Shown: in pieces, positions 27,701 through 35,472 of the stretch
Layout: every line of letters starts with the position of its first letter
Numbering within the stretch: the first letter of the stretch is position 1
Assembly (NCBI GenBank): GCA_031255285.1
Contig: JAIRSU010000089.1
Coordinates: 1 to 54,302 of the forward strand
Direction: 5' to 3'
DNA from: Treponema sp.
GTDB taxonomy: Bacteria > Spirochaetota > Spirochaetia > Treponematales > Breznakiellaceae
Length of the DNA stretch: 54,302 bases
Notes under the pieces: generated by a model
What the model was told of the DNA's origin: nothing
Database searches by the model: none
What the model saw: the letters and a program-made list of their open reading frames with translations, nothing else
Position numbers and translations under genes: made by a program

Positions 27701-27901
27701 AGAATCTTCCGTAAGGAAATGGGTATGTCCCTTTGGAAATACTTAAACCACTACCGCGTATCCATGGCCGTTGACCTCCTCATCCATTCAGGCAATACCA
27801 TAGCCCAAATAGCCGACAAAACTGGCTTCCAAGACCAAGCGTATTTTTGCCGGGTGTTCAAGAACATCTACGGCAAACCACCGGGTTGGTTTAGGAAATA
27901 G
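24779..27901 (+). CDS. Cytoplasmic multidomain regulator: LacI/PBP1-type sugar-binding domain, GAF-like region, degenerate histidine-kinase core, pseudo-receiver(s), AraC-type HTH
   Basis: No signal peptide or TM segment. The N-terminal ~290 aa look like a LacI-family ligand-binding domain (IGLVL..., DGLIS, GSRRIAFLRGP..S..DRYQGFRDAL). The H-box-like ERAKTEFFANVGNNL has Asn where the phospho-His should be (codon at 26393-26395). The receiver-like block has PDVISLGSIDIEM, with Gly at the Asp position. The C-terminal double HTH is ...YITRIFRKEMGMS...IAQIADKTGFQDQAYFCRVFK. Start is taken at 24779 (alternatives 24773 or 24728). Confidence 0.8.
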   Translation: MVEKNKIGLVLASIHTGSACGVWSHFARAAMDENTSLFVFPGGKLNASDNMEYLRNPIYSLANAQNLDGLISWSSSIGCSSPSELSDFHRFFEDLPYTTISDKLDGHPCVCFDAYDGMKSLTRYFIQTGSRRIAFLRGPVSHHSAMDRYQGFRDALSESGLFCDERLVSEPFDWARGASACVQLFVSRGLRPARDFDTLIGSSDLMTLPAIRYLQKQGFSPNSYRAGGFNNSIESQITPFSTVEIPYTKMSAESFKTLKALMEDPEHGGKDVLLPCRLVVRPCERKGGTQGSLDIQDREAFAAALASTIEREGGDPQKGVFLETATRLCTEILDRYEDIGCFFEVFDYACERIGIGHTLESETYRAVSCLQEQRYVLSLHEREERNSALNSFKCELLGIKDRKSLVESAARHLPRIGVTTALLVIYKDEDMSEYIGSFSSQGVNITPHLFPARRLFPSDVKKHFESGIFLVQPLFIENQPLGYFVHNIPFFDGVILEELRSAISNAFKGIAFFEETFHAKQLAESSERAKTEFFANVGNNLSELFQEVISAVNNLMAEAPLEQSPELFGKLKALQNLITDRQNHMHRLIELAVSQTDVQSSKKTLFNIRSVLPELEGEFPLLTGDEELLSHVFALAKSQYRDKLTAHFHERGLEIRFTGGDAELARWTCAIIERIALMHGGSAVYNEKSCSITLPWTTFSGRTIEPANAKGRVVLLLNDVPVNVKALFGLPVTRNVEKALNIPHRIGFILCSIHTDHADAEHEGFSPVKLGSLFRAHPEFLQTPLLCFSGELNGETISQALEEKNSMNGNILFIEGQEGLASGELSSGELLSAWIDGGMRVNAASSEDFFNAVSKVTPDVISLGSIDIEMIKSIRNHPATTMTPIVVVPEHIKSLELVKELSKYSRVILCNRSIAGSSAFCKRIKAIAAGDSILPLFTGALVKKAILYFNQYAHKHIFRWKLADAVGSSEDYITRIFRKEMGMSLWKYLNHYRVSMAVDLLIHSGNTIAQIADKTGFQDQAYFCRVFKNIYGKPPGWFRK

Positions 27902-27939
27902 TCTTTAAACGACTTCTTAATAAGCGCGGTATAAGGTCT

Positions 27940-27978
27940 GTCCCCTCAACTTGCGGGGGACGGCCGCGCCCCTTTTCT
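27940..27978 (+). terminator. GC-rich hairpin and short T-run after the regulator gene
   Basis: GTCCCC (27940-45)/GGGGAC (27956-61), then GGCCGCGCCCCTTTTCT. Confidence 0.4.
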
Positions 27979-27987
27979 GATAACGCT

Positions 27988-28020
27988 CTGTAGGAAGCTA
28001 TAAAACAGGCGAAGCCTGTT
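27988..28020 (+). repeat. Dispersed intergenic repeat, copy D (short)
   Basis: CTGTAGGAAGCTATAAAACAGGCGAAGCCTGTT shares CTGTAGGAAG and the GGCGAAGCC hairpin with copy C (52381-52411, minus strand). Confidence 0.7.
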
Positions 28021-28047
28021 GACAAAACCCGCAATGCCTTATACCAT
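28019..28047 (+). promoter_or_regulatory. Putative promoter whose -35 box overlaps the 3' arm of the repeat hairpin
   Basis: TTGACA (28019-24)-17 nt-TACCAT (28042-47). Confidence 0.45.
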
Positions 28048-28059
28048 CAATTAAGCAGT

Positions 28060-28122
28060 TGGGAATATCTCTTGTAACTATGGGAGTATCTCTTGTAACT
28101 ATGGGAATATCTCCTGTAACTG
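28060..28122 (+). repeat. Three head-to-tail 21-bp direct repeats in the 5' region of the 28158 gene
   Basis: TGGGAATATCTCTTGTAACTA / TGGGAGTATCTCTTGTAACTA / TGGGAATATCTCCTGTAACTG. Confidence 0.95.
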
Positions 28123-28157
28123 TATTTACGGTTTATAACTAACTAAAGGAAGTAATT

Positions 28158-28838
28158 ATGGCGAGTTCAGATGATTTTATCTCCGCGGGAGACGCAGAAT
28201 TTAACGGCAAATTCCGCGTTCTTGTCGCGTATGTCGTTGAAAAGACGAGCGGGGCTTCGCCCGCATGGACCCATATCCCCCGGATCGCGTTAGACGGACT
28301 GGAAAGGCAGTACGCCTTATGGCAGACAGCATACAAAAGGGTTCTTGGACCTCATACTTCGGTTGACACAGAGGCGAAAAACCAAGCCCGCCGCGAAACG
28401 GCCGCGTTCATCCGTCCCTTTATCGGCCAATACCTCAAATTTCCCCCTGTTACTGACGAGGATCGTGTAGCAATGGGCGTTCACAACAGGAAAAAGCGCT
28501 CCGCGTTCATACCTGCACCTCATACCCGCCCCATCATTACAGACCTCTACACTCTCGGCGGCGGACGGGTGAAGATCCGCTTCAGCGACGAGACGACCTC
28601 GAACAGCCGCGCAATCCCCCATGGGATGAATGGATGTCTGTTCTTCTTCACAATTGGTCCAGAACGGGTCCGCGACTGCGCCGCGCTTACTCAAATCAAG
28701 TTACTGACCCGCTCCCCATACACACTCATTTTCCCGCCTTCAATGCAGGTGAACTTCCTCTCCTGCGCCGTGCGATGGCAGAACAGGAGAGGCGTGATAG
28801 GTCCCCTAAGCGACGTTTATCACACCGTAATCAGTTAA
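28158..28838 (+). CDS. Hypothetical protein (helical N-terminal half, beta-rich C-terminal half)
   Basis: 226-aa ORF with SD AAAGGAAG 7 nt upstream. No motif I can name. The C-terminus ...AVRWQNRRGVIGPLSDVYHTVIS is reminiscent of uncharacterised proteins ending in RW.N.RGE.GPWS. Confidence 0.6.
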   Translation: MASSDDFISAGDAEFNGKFRVLVAYVVEKTSGASPAWTHIPRIALDGLERQYALWQTAYKRVLGPHTSVDTEAKNQARRETAAFIRPFIGQYLKFPPVTDEDRVAMGVHNRKKRSAFIPAPHTRPIITDLYTLGGGRVKIRFSDETTSNSRAIPHGMNGCLFFFTIGPERVRDCAALTQIKLLTRSPYTLIFPPSMQVNFLSCAVRWQNRRGVIGPLSDVYHTVIS

Positions 28839-28889
28839 AGGAAACGAGGGTCCAATCTGTCTTAGAAGAAACGGTCCCTGGGACCGCGC

Positions 28890-29801
28890 TCAAAGTTTGG
28901 GCGCGGTCCCAGGCGTCAGATGCTTCCACTTGGAAGGAGATATCCCGGTTTTACGGCTGAAGAGCCGCGAGAAATAATACTGGTCCTTGAATCCGAGCCT
29001 GAAAGCCGCTTCTTTTATGGAGATATTTTCCTGCTCAAGCAGGCGGCAGGCTCTGTCTATCTTTACCTGAATGTAGTACTGATACGGAGTCATGGATGTG
29101 TAGGTCTTGAAAATTTCGTTCAGCCTGGATGCGCTTATGCCTATGGTTTGCGCTACGCTGGTTATGTCTATCTCCGAGTCGCTGTTGGTTTCTATCAGAT
29201 ATTTAGCCTTTTCCGTGATTTGCTGCGAATACGAGGGGTGGTCTTTTCGGCGTTCATAGGACAGGGCTTCGGCGAGCAGAGAAAATATCAGGGAGCCGAC
29301 TTTGATTTGGTAAAGGGGTCTCTGGACACGTACTTCGTCGAAGATTTTCCCAAAGATTGAAAGCGCATATTCATGCAAGCCCATTTCAAAGAAGACTTGT
29401 TCCTTGGAGAGAATGCCCTGGTTCACCAAGTCGTTGAAGAAAGCGCCTATAAAGCCTACCCAATACTCGTGCCAGCCTGTTTCGGCAAGTGGTTTGTAAA
29501 AGTGTCTCAGTCCTGGTAAAAGTAGGAGCATGGAGCCGGAAGTTACGGTGTGGCTTTGACCTTCCGCACAGAAAACGCCACTGCCGTCGCTGATGTAGAC
29601 AATCTGAAATTCAGGCAGGGTGCGTCCTTCGGCCACGTTGCGGAATACGAGAGGGTGCGCGTTCTTGTTAGGCGGGTACGCGGTATTGGGCGGGACATAG
29701 ATGTCTCCCGCAGTCGTACAGACTATGCCGAGCTTCTCATCTTCCAGACTGTAAGGCAGGTAACGGAAAAAACAGGAATCTTTATCTGTGGTTATCTTCA
29801 T
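28890..29801 (-). CDS. AraC-family transcriptional regulator (cupin-type sensor plus HTH)
   Basis: 303 aa with a C-terminal AraC double HTH (ITSVAQTIGISASRLNEIFK...IKEAAFRLGFKDQYYFSRLFSRKTGISP). Upstream are TATAAT and the SD GGGAGA. Confidence 0.85.
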   Translation of the reverse strand: MKITTDKDSCFFRYLPYSLEDEKLGIVCTTAGDIYVPPNTAYPPNKNAHPLVFRNVAEGRTLPEFQIVYISDGSGVFCAEGQSHTVTSGSMLLLLPGLRHFYKPLAETGWHEYWVGFIGAFFNDLVNQGILSKEQVFFEMGLHEYALSIFGKIFDEVRVQRPLYQIKVGSLIFSLLAEALSYERRKDHPSYSQQITEKAKYLIETNSDSEIDITSVAQTIGISASRLNEIFKTYTSMTPYQYYIQVKIDRACRLLEQENISIKEAAFRLGFKDQYYFSRLFSRKTGISPSKWKHLTPGTAPKL

Positions 29802-29897
29802 TTAAGACTTCTCCCAATCCATTATACCATAGAAATCTTGATGGTACCGCGCTCAAAATTTCTGCGGACGCCTTATGCTGGAGCGCTTTTCTCCTCC

Positions 29898-30752
29898 TTA
29901 AAACGGCACGGCCGCGAATGAACGGCTGGGGGAGACGAGTTCGTCCTGTACCGCTATGGTGAGCAGTTCTTTGCTGTTCGCCTTGAACGTAGCGTCCATC
30001 ACCGCGAATATAGAGCCGGTCGTTAATTCCAGGGTTCGTTTTATGTCGCGGGTTTCAAGGTAGCGCGAGAGGAAGAGAGCGGCTGTGAGGTCTCCGGAGC
30101 CCGCCATACCGGGAGGGAAGGGGAGTTCGGGTGTAGTAGTGATGAATATTTCTTTGCCGTCAGAGGCTAACATACTGATGCACGGCTCTTTGTTCGTCTG
30201 AGCGGCGAAACTCGTGATAAGCGCTATCTTCGGTCCCAAGGCGTGTAGTTCTTCAACCGCCCTGCGGGCGTTTCCCGGAACGCTTGTGTCGACGCCGGTC
30301 AAAATCTCCAGCTCGAATTGATTAGGCGTAACAATGTCGGCGCGTCTGACAATCTCGTTCTTGAATATTTCCGGAATGCCCGGCTTCACGTAAAGCCCTC
30401 TACCCACATCGCCCATAACCGGGTCGCAGCAATAAAGCGCGGCATGGTTTGCCGCTTTGACCTGCCGTACCGCGTCTATCACCGCGGAACCTGTCTCCGC
30501 ATCTCCCATGTACCCGGAAAGCACGGCCTCGGCTTGCCCCAGTACTCCGCGTTCAGATAAACCACTTACTAACTCCCGCGTCAACTGCGGCGGCAGCCAC
30601 TGCCCGGTCCATGACCCGTACCCTGTGTGGTTGGAAAACTCAACGGTGTTGACAGCCCATACCTCGTGTCCTAGTCTCTGTAACGGAAAAACCGCGGAAC
30701 TGTTGCCCGCGTGTCCGTAAACGACATGAGACTGAATTGATAAAATCGACAT
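29898..30752 (-). CDS. pdxY: Pyridoxal/pyridoxamine kinase
   Basis: 284 aa, with an N-terminus ILSIQSHVVYGHAGNSSAVFPLQRLG nearly identical in pattern to E. coli PdxY. Also has CDPVMGD and the ribokinase-fold GSGD motif. SD is AAGGAGGT. Confidence 0.88.
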   Translation of the reverse strand: MSILSIQSHVVYGHAGNSSAVFPLQRLGHEVWAVNTVEFSNHTGYGSWTGQWLPPQLTRELVSGLSERGVLGQAEAVLSGYMGDAETGSAVIDAVRQVKAANHAALYCCDPVMGDVGRGLYVKPGIPEIFKNEIVRRADIVTPNQFELEILTGVDTSVPGNARRAVEELHALGPKIALITSFAAQTNKEPCISMLASDGKEIFITTTPELPFPPGMAGSGDLTAALFLSRYLETRDIKRTLELTTGSIFAVMDATFKANSKELLTIAVQDELVSPSRSFAAVPF

Positions 30753-30845
30753 ATTTACCTCCTTTTTATTCTTAAAAAATAAGGAACGAGCCCTTTGTTT
30801 GACAAACGAGACCTGTTCATTTCAGGCGGCGTTTGGCGGACCTTC

Positions 30846-31769
30846 CTATTTTTTACCTCCTAGTACTTTTCCCACTATTCTTGACAGAAACCGCATGAAC
30901 TTGCCCTTACCGTCTCCGTACTTCACGGTAAAATCCTGCGCGGCTTTTGAAAGGGAATAATGAATACCGTATTTCTTCTTGAGAAAGTCCCAGTGTTTCA
31001 CTATCCATACATAAAGATCGCTGGGCGTTATGCCCGGAAAGTCAAAGCATATCCATTCGGTTTTGATTATCTGAATAATGGGCAGGTACACATTCCCATA
31101 CCACGAAACAAGGGCGTCGCCAAACGGGATTTCCTGTTCTATGCCTTGATTAATGAAGTACTTGTGAACAAGAATATGGTTATAGATGACATCATAGCGT
31201 CCCGTTGTGGTAAAGTCAAGGTTGTTGTCGCCGGTAAGCTCGGCAAAGTGAGTTTTTTCATAGAAACCCGTTTTTTCGTATTTGATGAGGCTCATCTTGA
31301 GGTCGTCGATGGTCTGGTGGGGTTTTATATTGATCACGCTGGAGAGGCTTATTACCTCTGCATCTATAGACTCAACGTTTTGAGATTTGGCGACGGATAC
31401 GCGATGGTTGCCGTCTCTCACGAAGTAAGCGCCGCCTATTTCGTAGAGCTGAATGGGCGGTAGGTTGATACTTTGGAGCTGCGCCTGGTCCACGCGTTCC
31501 CAACGCGTGCGCAGGTGTTCCGACTTTGGGAGAAAGAGACGGTTAAAATCCTGGTACCGCCCCTCGCTGCCTACGATGAGGTTCACCGGGATTATCTGCA
31601 TACCCATATAAACCTGATTTTTTGGCTTCAGAATATCCTTCACGTCATTGAAGGAGAGAAGCTTATCCTTATCTGCATTGATAAAATGCATTATCCGCGT
31701 AAACGCTGCCCTACTCTTTGCCCTATCAAAATCTTCCGCGGATTGTAAAACTTGTAGGCTATTATCCAT
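30846..31769 (-). CDS. ParB/sulfiredoxin-fold (DGNHR motif) protein with DUF4032-like C-terminal region
   Basis: 307 aa, containing GGAYFVRDGNHRVSVAK, typical of ParB-like nuclease/Srx-fold domains. Confidence 0.6.
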   Translation of the reverse strand: MDNSLQVLQSAEDFDRAKSRAAFTRIMHFINADKDKLLSFNDVKDILKPKNQVYMGMQIIPVNLIVGSEGRYQDFNRLFLPKSEHLRTRWERVDQAQLQSINLPPIQLYEIGGAYFVRDGNHRVSVAKSQNVESIDAEVISLSSVINIKPHQTIDDLKMSLIKYEKTGFYEKTHFAELTGDNNLDFTTTGRYDVIYNHILVHKYFINQGIEQEIPFGDALVSWYGNVYLPIIQIIKTEWICFDFPGITPSDLYVWIVKHWDFLKKKYGIHYSLSKAAQDFTVKYGDGKGKFMRFLSRIVGKVLGGKK

Positions 31770-31850
31770 AATTACCCTTCATATTCCTTGTTTTAGTAAA
31801 TAGCAACTATTGTTAGAATTGCCTATACAATTTCTAGCAACGCTGTTACT

Positions 31851-32501
31851 CTACTTTTCCTCCGTATCCACGACATAATGGCTGTAAGCGTTTACGACCA
31901 TGGTGTCGAGGAAATGAGAGAGCCTTACACTTGCCATGTCGTAAAGGTGGATGTGTCCGTGAATAAGGTATTTGGGCTTGAAAATTCTCATAAACCAGAG
32001 AAAATCTTTAAATCCTCTATGGCAGAGATCTTCCCTGTCATGTATGCCCAACGGCGGGGCGTGCGTTAGAAGAATATCCAGGAACCTGCCATGGAAGATA
32101 CGGTTAATGATGAGGCGGGGAAGAAGGCGGAGAATTTCCAGCTTCATCTGGAAATTCGTGAACTGATTGTCTCCGTTGTTGTAACGCATGGACCCGCCGA
32201 GTCCCGCAAATATAAGTCCGTTTTCTTTTCTTACTTTTGACCCTATATGAATCTCTCCGGTTCTGCTCGTCGTCCACGGCAAACTAATTTCTCCGCGTCG
32301 CTTCAAATTCCTTAAGCCTTCGAGGTTGTGGTTTCCGTAGACCGTGAGCAGGGGTTTATTGAGCGTGGAAACTACAAATTCCAAGTAATCCTGGGGTAGG
32401 TCGCCGGCGCTCAAGATTATGTCTATGTCCTTAAACCGCTCTTTTATGGATGCGGTGTAGACAAGGGGGTCTATATGGTCAGATATGCATAATATTTTCA
32501 T
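31851..32501 (-). CDS. Metallophosphoesterase
   Basis: Start is moved to MKILCISDHID (32501). Motifs are SDH.D, AGDL, GNHN and GHIH. The upstream 38 codons of the ORF are AT-rich with no homology signal. Confidence 0.8.
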   Translation of the reverse strand: MKILCISDHIDPLVYTASIKERFKDIDIILSAGDLPQDYLEFVVSTLNKPLLTVYGNHNLEGLRNLKRRGEISLPWTTSRTGEIHIGSKVRKENGLIFAGLGGSMRYNNGDNQFTNFQMKLEILRLLPRLIINRIFHGRFLDILLTHAPPLGIHDREDLCHRGFKDFLWFMRIFKPKYLIHGHIHLYDMASVRLSHFLDTMVVNAYSHYVVDTEEK

Positions 32502-32636
32502 TACGGATATTTTACTATATAATAATAAAAGAAATTTATTCAAGTCGTTTTTATGGATACATAATATCCAACACAAAACCACAAAAAAACAGGGGACAGC
32601 TTGACAAAAATACAATTTTATGACAGGATAACGCTT

Positions 32637-33065
32637 ATGAAAACGATATTTGTGAAACCCGCTGAAGTTGAGCGGAAATGGTTCGTTATAGACGCCGAAG
32701 GCAAGCCTTTAGGCAGAGTGGCCGGCAGGGTTGCGTCCATAGCCAGGGGTAAGGAAAAACCCTTGTTCGCCCCTCATCAGGAGGTCGGGGATTTTGTAGT
32801 AATCGTCAATGCGGAAAAAGTAGCGATTTCGGGGCGCAAAGCCCAGCATAAGCTCTATCACCATCATACCGGCTATGTGGGCGGACTCAAAACAGAGACG
32901 TTTGAGAAACTCATAGCAAAGCATCCGACGAGACCTTTGGAACTGGCCGTTAAAGGAATGCTTCCCAAGGGACCTCTTGGACGGAAGCTTTATGGTTGTG
33001 TAAAGGTGTATGCGGGGCCGCAGCATCCCCATGCGGCTCAGAATCCTGAAAAAATTGAATTGTGA
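32637..33065 (+). CDS. rplM: 50S ribosomal protein L13
   Basis: [27 protein letters not shown]... is a canonical L13 N-terminus. An AGGA SD lies 9 nt upstream. Confidence 0.95.
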   Translation: MKTIFVKPAEVERKWFVIDAEGKPLGRVAGRVASIARGKEKPLFAPHQEVGDFVVIVNAEKVAISGRKAQHKLYHHHTGYVGGLKTETFEKLIAKHPTRPLELAVKGMLPKGPLGRKLYGCVKVYAGPQHPHAAQNPEKIEL

Positions 33066-33072
33066 GGACAAT

Positions 33073-33462
33073 ATGAATAATCTTGGCATTGGAACGGGTA
33101 GAAGAAAAACAGCGGTCGCTCGCGTTTATGTACGCGAGGGCGCAGGTAAAATTATGGTGAACGGCAAGGAGCTTAACCGGTATTTCCTACAAGGCGAGCA
33201 CGTGCTCATGGTGCGGCAGCCTCTTATGGTAACAGGCGGTGAAAATAAGTTTGATGTGTTGATTAACGTCTACGGTGGCGGTATTCACGGGCAGGCGGGA
33301 GCATGCAGGCACGGGCTTGCACGCGCTTTGTGTCAGGTTGACCAAGCCAATTGCGCCAACCTTCGTGCCAGTGGTTACCTCACACGTGATTCGCGTATGG
33401 TTGAGCGTAAGAAATATGGACAGCGCGGCGCGCGGCGCAGGTTCCAGTTCTCCAAACGTTAA
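33073..33462 (+). CDS. rpsI: 30S ribosomal protein S9
   Basis: ...[14 protein letters not shown]... with the C-terminus [19 protein letters not shown]. Confidence 0.95.
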   Translation: MNNLGIGTGRRKTAVARVYVREGAGKIMVNGKELNRYFLQGEHVLMVRQPLMVTGGENKFDVLINVYGGGIHGQAGACRHGLARALCQVDQANCANLRASGYLTRDSRMVERKKYGQRGARRRFQFSKR

Positions 33463-33611
33463 CGGCTTGGAAAGGTACGCGCAGGGGAAGGACTTGGAGA
33501 CTTCCAATTCCTTCCGTCTCAACTTCAATGTTGCGCCGTAAGGCGCATTGCATATGGCCGTACATTCCAGAATGTCAATTTTTAACCAATTAAGAAAGTC
33601 GCCATCCATCC

Positions 33612-34217
33612 TTGACTATTACTTCTTTAAAAAGAGATTCTTCTCATACTGAAGAAACGTATCGTATTAGTTTATCTGACGGGACGGTTTTTTCATTTAA
33701 GTCGGTATATCTGACGGATATGAATTTACTGTTTGAATTGGCATCCGGACGGGAAGTTTCAGTTGATGAAGAGAGTGCTTTGGGGTTTGCGTCCATGTGT
33801 TTGAAAGCGGAGAAGACGGCATTAGCGCTTACAGCTAACGCTGAGCAGACGGTAGCGGGGCTTTCGCGCAAGCTGGAAGCTCGCGGTTACGCGGGGGACT
33901 GTGTGAAATCCGTCATCGCCCGCCTGATAGACATAGGCGTTGTAAACGACGAGCGTTACACGCGACTTTGGCTTGAATCGCGGCTTTATTCAAAGACGGA
34001 TTCTCCTCGTAAGCTGTTTGTGTCTCTTTGCAACAAGGGAGTAGAGAGAGAGACAGTGGAACGCACCCTCAAAGCGGTTCTTGACTTTGAGCAGGAACAG
34101 GTCCTTTTGAAAAAGTATTTGAGGAAATTAGAAAAAACAGGGAAACCCATAGAAAGACGACTCCTGAAGCGGGAGGGATTTTCCTATGAAGCGATAGAGG
34201 TGGAGCTGGAACGGTAA
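33612..34217 (+). CDS. recX: RecX-family regulatory protein
   Basis: 201 aa with helical-repeat RecX pattern (LSRKLEARGY....V...I..L...G.VNDERY...W). It has a TTG start, so the start is uncertain. Confidence 0.65.
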   Translation: MTITSLKRDSSHTEETYRISLSDGTVFSFKSVYLTDMNLLFELASGREVSVDEESALGFASMCLKAEKTALALTANAEQTVAGLSRKLEARGYAGDCVKSVIARLIDIGVVNDERYTRLWLESRLYSKTDSPRKLFVSLCNKGVERETVERTLKAVLDFEQEQVLLKKYLRKLEKTGKPIERRLLKREGFSYEAIEVELER

Positions 34218-34258
34218 CCTTTTGTAAAGACTTGCAATATCGGTAAAATTCTTGTATT

Positions 34259-34873
34259 ATGAGAGAAATGAAGAAAATAAATTTTTTAATAGCTCTGGCT
34301 CTGGCGATACTTTTCGTCTCGTGTACCACACGGCAGAAAGCGGTCGTTCCACCACAGCCCGTCGTGCCGACCATACCAGAGAACATCATGGGTGAAGGGC
34401 TTGTCAAGGCGGAGAAACTGTCTGCCTTTCTGTTAGGTGTGAATCGACAGACGCCTGTCGATTTTGTCGAGGACCTGTCCCGCTTTTATGTAGAGGAAGC
34501 AGCCATTGAAGGTGTGAATCACGATGTGGCGTTTTCTCAGATGTGTCTTGAGACCGGTTTCTTACGCTTTGGGAACCTGGTGAGTCTGGATATGAATAAC
34601 TTTTGTGGACTCGGTGCGATAGATGCGGAACATCCAGGTGAACGTTTTCCTAGTCCTCGCGTAGGCGTGCGTGCTCACATTCAGCATCTCAAGGCTTATG
34701 CAACCGAAGAGTCTCTGAAACAGGACTTGGTTGACCCGCGTTACAAGTGGGTGAAAAAGGGAGTTGCTCCAACCATTCAGGGACTCACTGGCAAATGGGC
34801 GACGGACCCTGATTACGATAAGAAGATAAACGGCGTACTTACGCGCCTCTACGATGAATCGTTTGGGAGATGA
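34259..34873 (+). CDS. Glucosaminidase-domain lipoprotein (peptidoglycan hydrolase)
   Basis: Has a lipobox (ALAILFVSC) and a mannosyl-glycoprotein endo-beta-N-acetylglucosaminidase-like core (AFSQMCLETGFLRFG...NNFCGLGA). Confidence 0.75.
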   Translation: MREMKKINFLIALALAILFVSCTTRQKAVVPPQPVVPTIPENIMGEGLVKAEKLSAFLLGVNRQTPVDFVEDLSRFYVEEAAIEGVNHDVAFSQMCLETGFLRFGNLVSLDMNNFCGLGAIDAEHPGERFPSPRVGVRAHIQHLKAYATEESLKQDLVDPRYKWVKKGVAPTIQGLTGKWATDPDYDKKINGVLTRLYDESFGR

Positions 34874-35472
34874 GCGAAAGAATCATTGGTTTGACGGGAC
34901 TCTACTGTGCTGGCAAGAATTATGTTGGCGAAATTCTAGTCAGGAAGGGTTTCGCTGTGTTGGATGTCGATAAACTGGGGCATAGGGTCATTGAAACGGA
35001 ACAGGCGGCTATTATGGAACGATTCGGGAAGGACATTGTGGAGCACGGACGTGTGAACCGAAGGTTGCTCGGCGAGAAGGTTTTCGGAAACCCAACGGAG
35101 CTTGCCGCTCTGGAGATGATAATTCATCCGTATGTAAATGCGCTCATCGAGGATTGGGCCGCAGGAAATAAAAATTGCGTCATCAACGCGGCATTATTGC
35201 ACCGGACCAGTATCTTTCTCCGCCTTGATGCTATTCTTATAGTGAAGGCGCCCCTATTTGTCCGTCTTATTCGGGCAAAGCTCCGAGATCGTCTTCCGTG
35301 GTTCAGTATTATTAGGCGATTCAGAAGCCAAAAATTCTCTTTTCCCCTTAAATTTTCGCATGAAGTCGCCGAAAATAGAAGAAGTATTTATATTATAAAT
35401 AATGTAGGTAGAGAGTCAGAAAAGCAAATAGAGAAGGTTGTCGACGAACTAACCCGTATACTACTGTTATGA
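34870..35472 (+). CDS. coaE: Dephospho-CoA kinase
   Basis: IIGLTGLYCAGKNYV P-loop and overall CoaE layout. A 4-nt ATGA overlap links it to the upstream gene. Confidence 0.7.
   Translation: MSERIIGLTGLYCAGKNYVGEILVRKGFAVLDVDKLGHRVIETEQAAIMERFGKDIVEHGRVNRRLLGEKVFGNPTELAALEMIIHPYVNALIEDWAAGNKNCVINAALLHRTSIFLRLDAILIVKAPLFVRLIRAKLRDRLPWFSIIRRFRSQKFSFPLKFSHEVAENRRSIYIINNVGRESEKQIEKVVDELTRILLL

Noticed and set aside
28060-28122. CRISPR-like interpretation of the 21-bp repeats (also of 53355-53669)
   Set aside because: The repeats are directly abutting with no spacers, and no cas genes are present. They are tandem direct repeats, not CRISPR arrays.
32601-32636. Track starts for rplM (32601), alaA (39870), rpsI (33010), the PRT gene (41194) and the metallophosphoesterase (32615)
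   Set aside because: The canonical N-termini begin at internal ATGs with SDs or promoters directly upstream. Two of the 'TTG starts' are the first bases of TTGACA -35 boxes.
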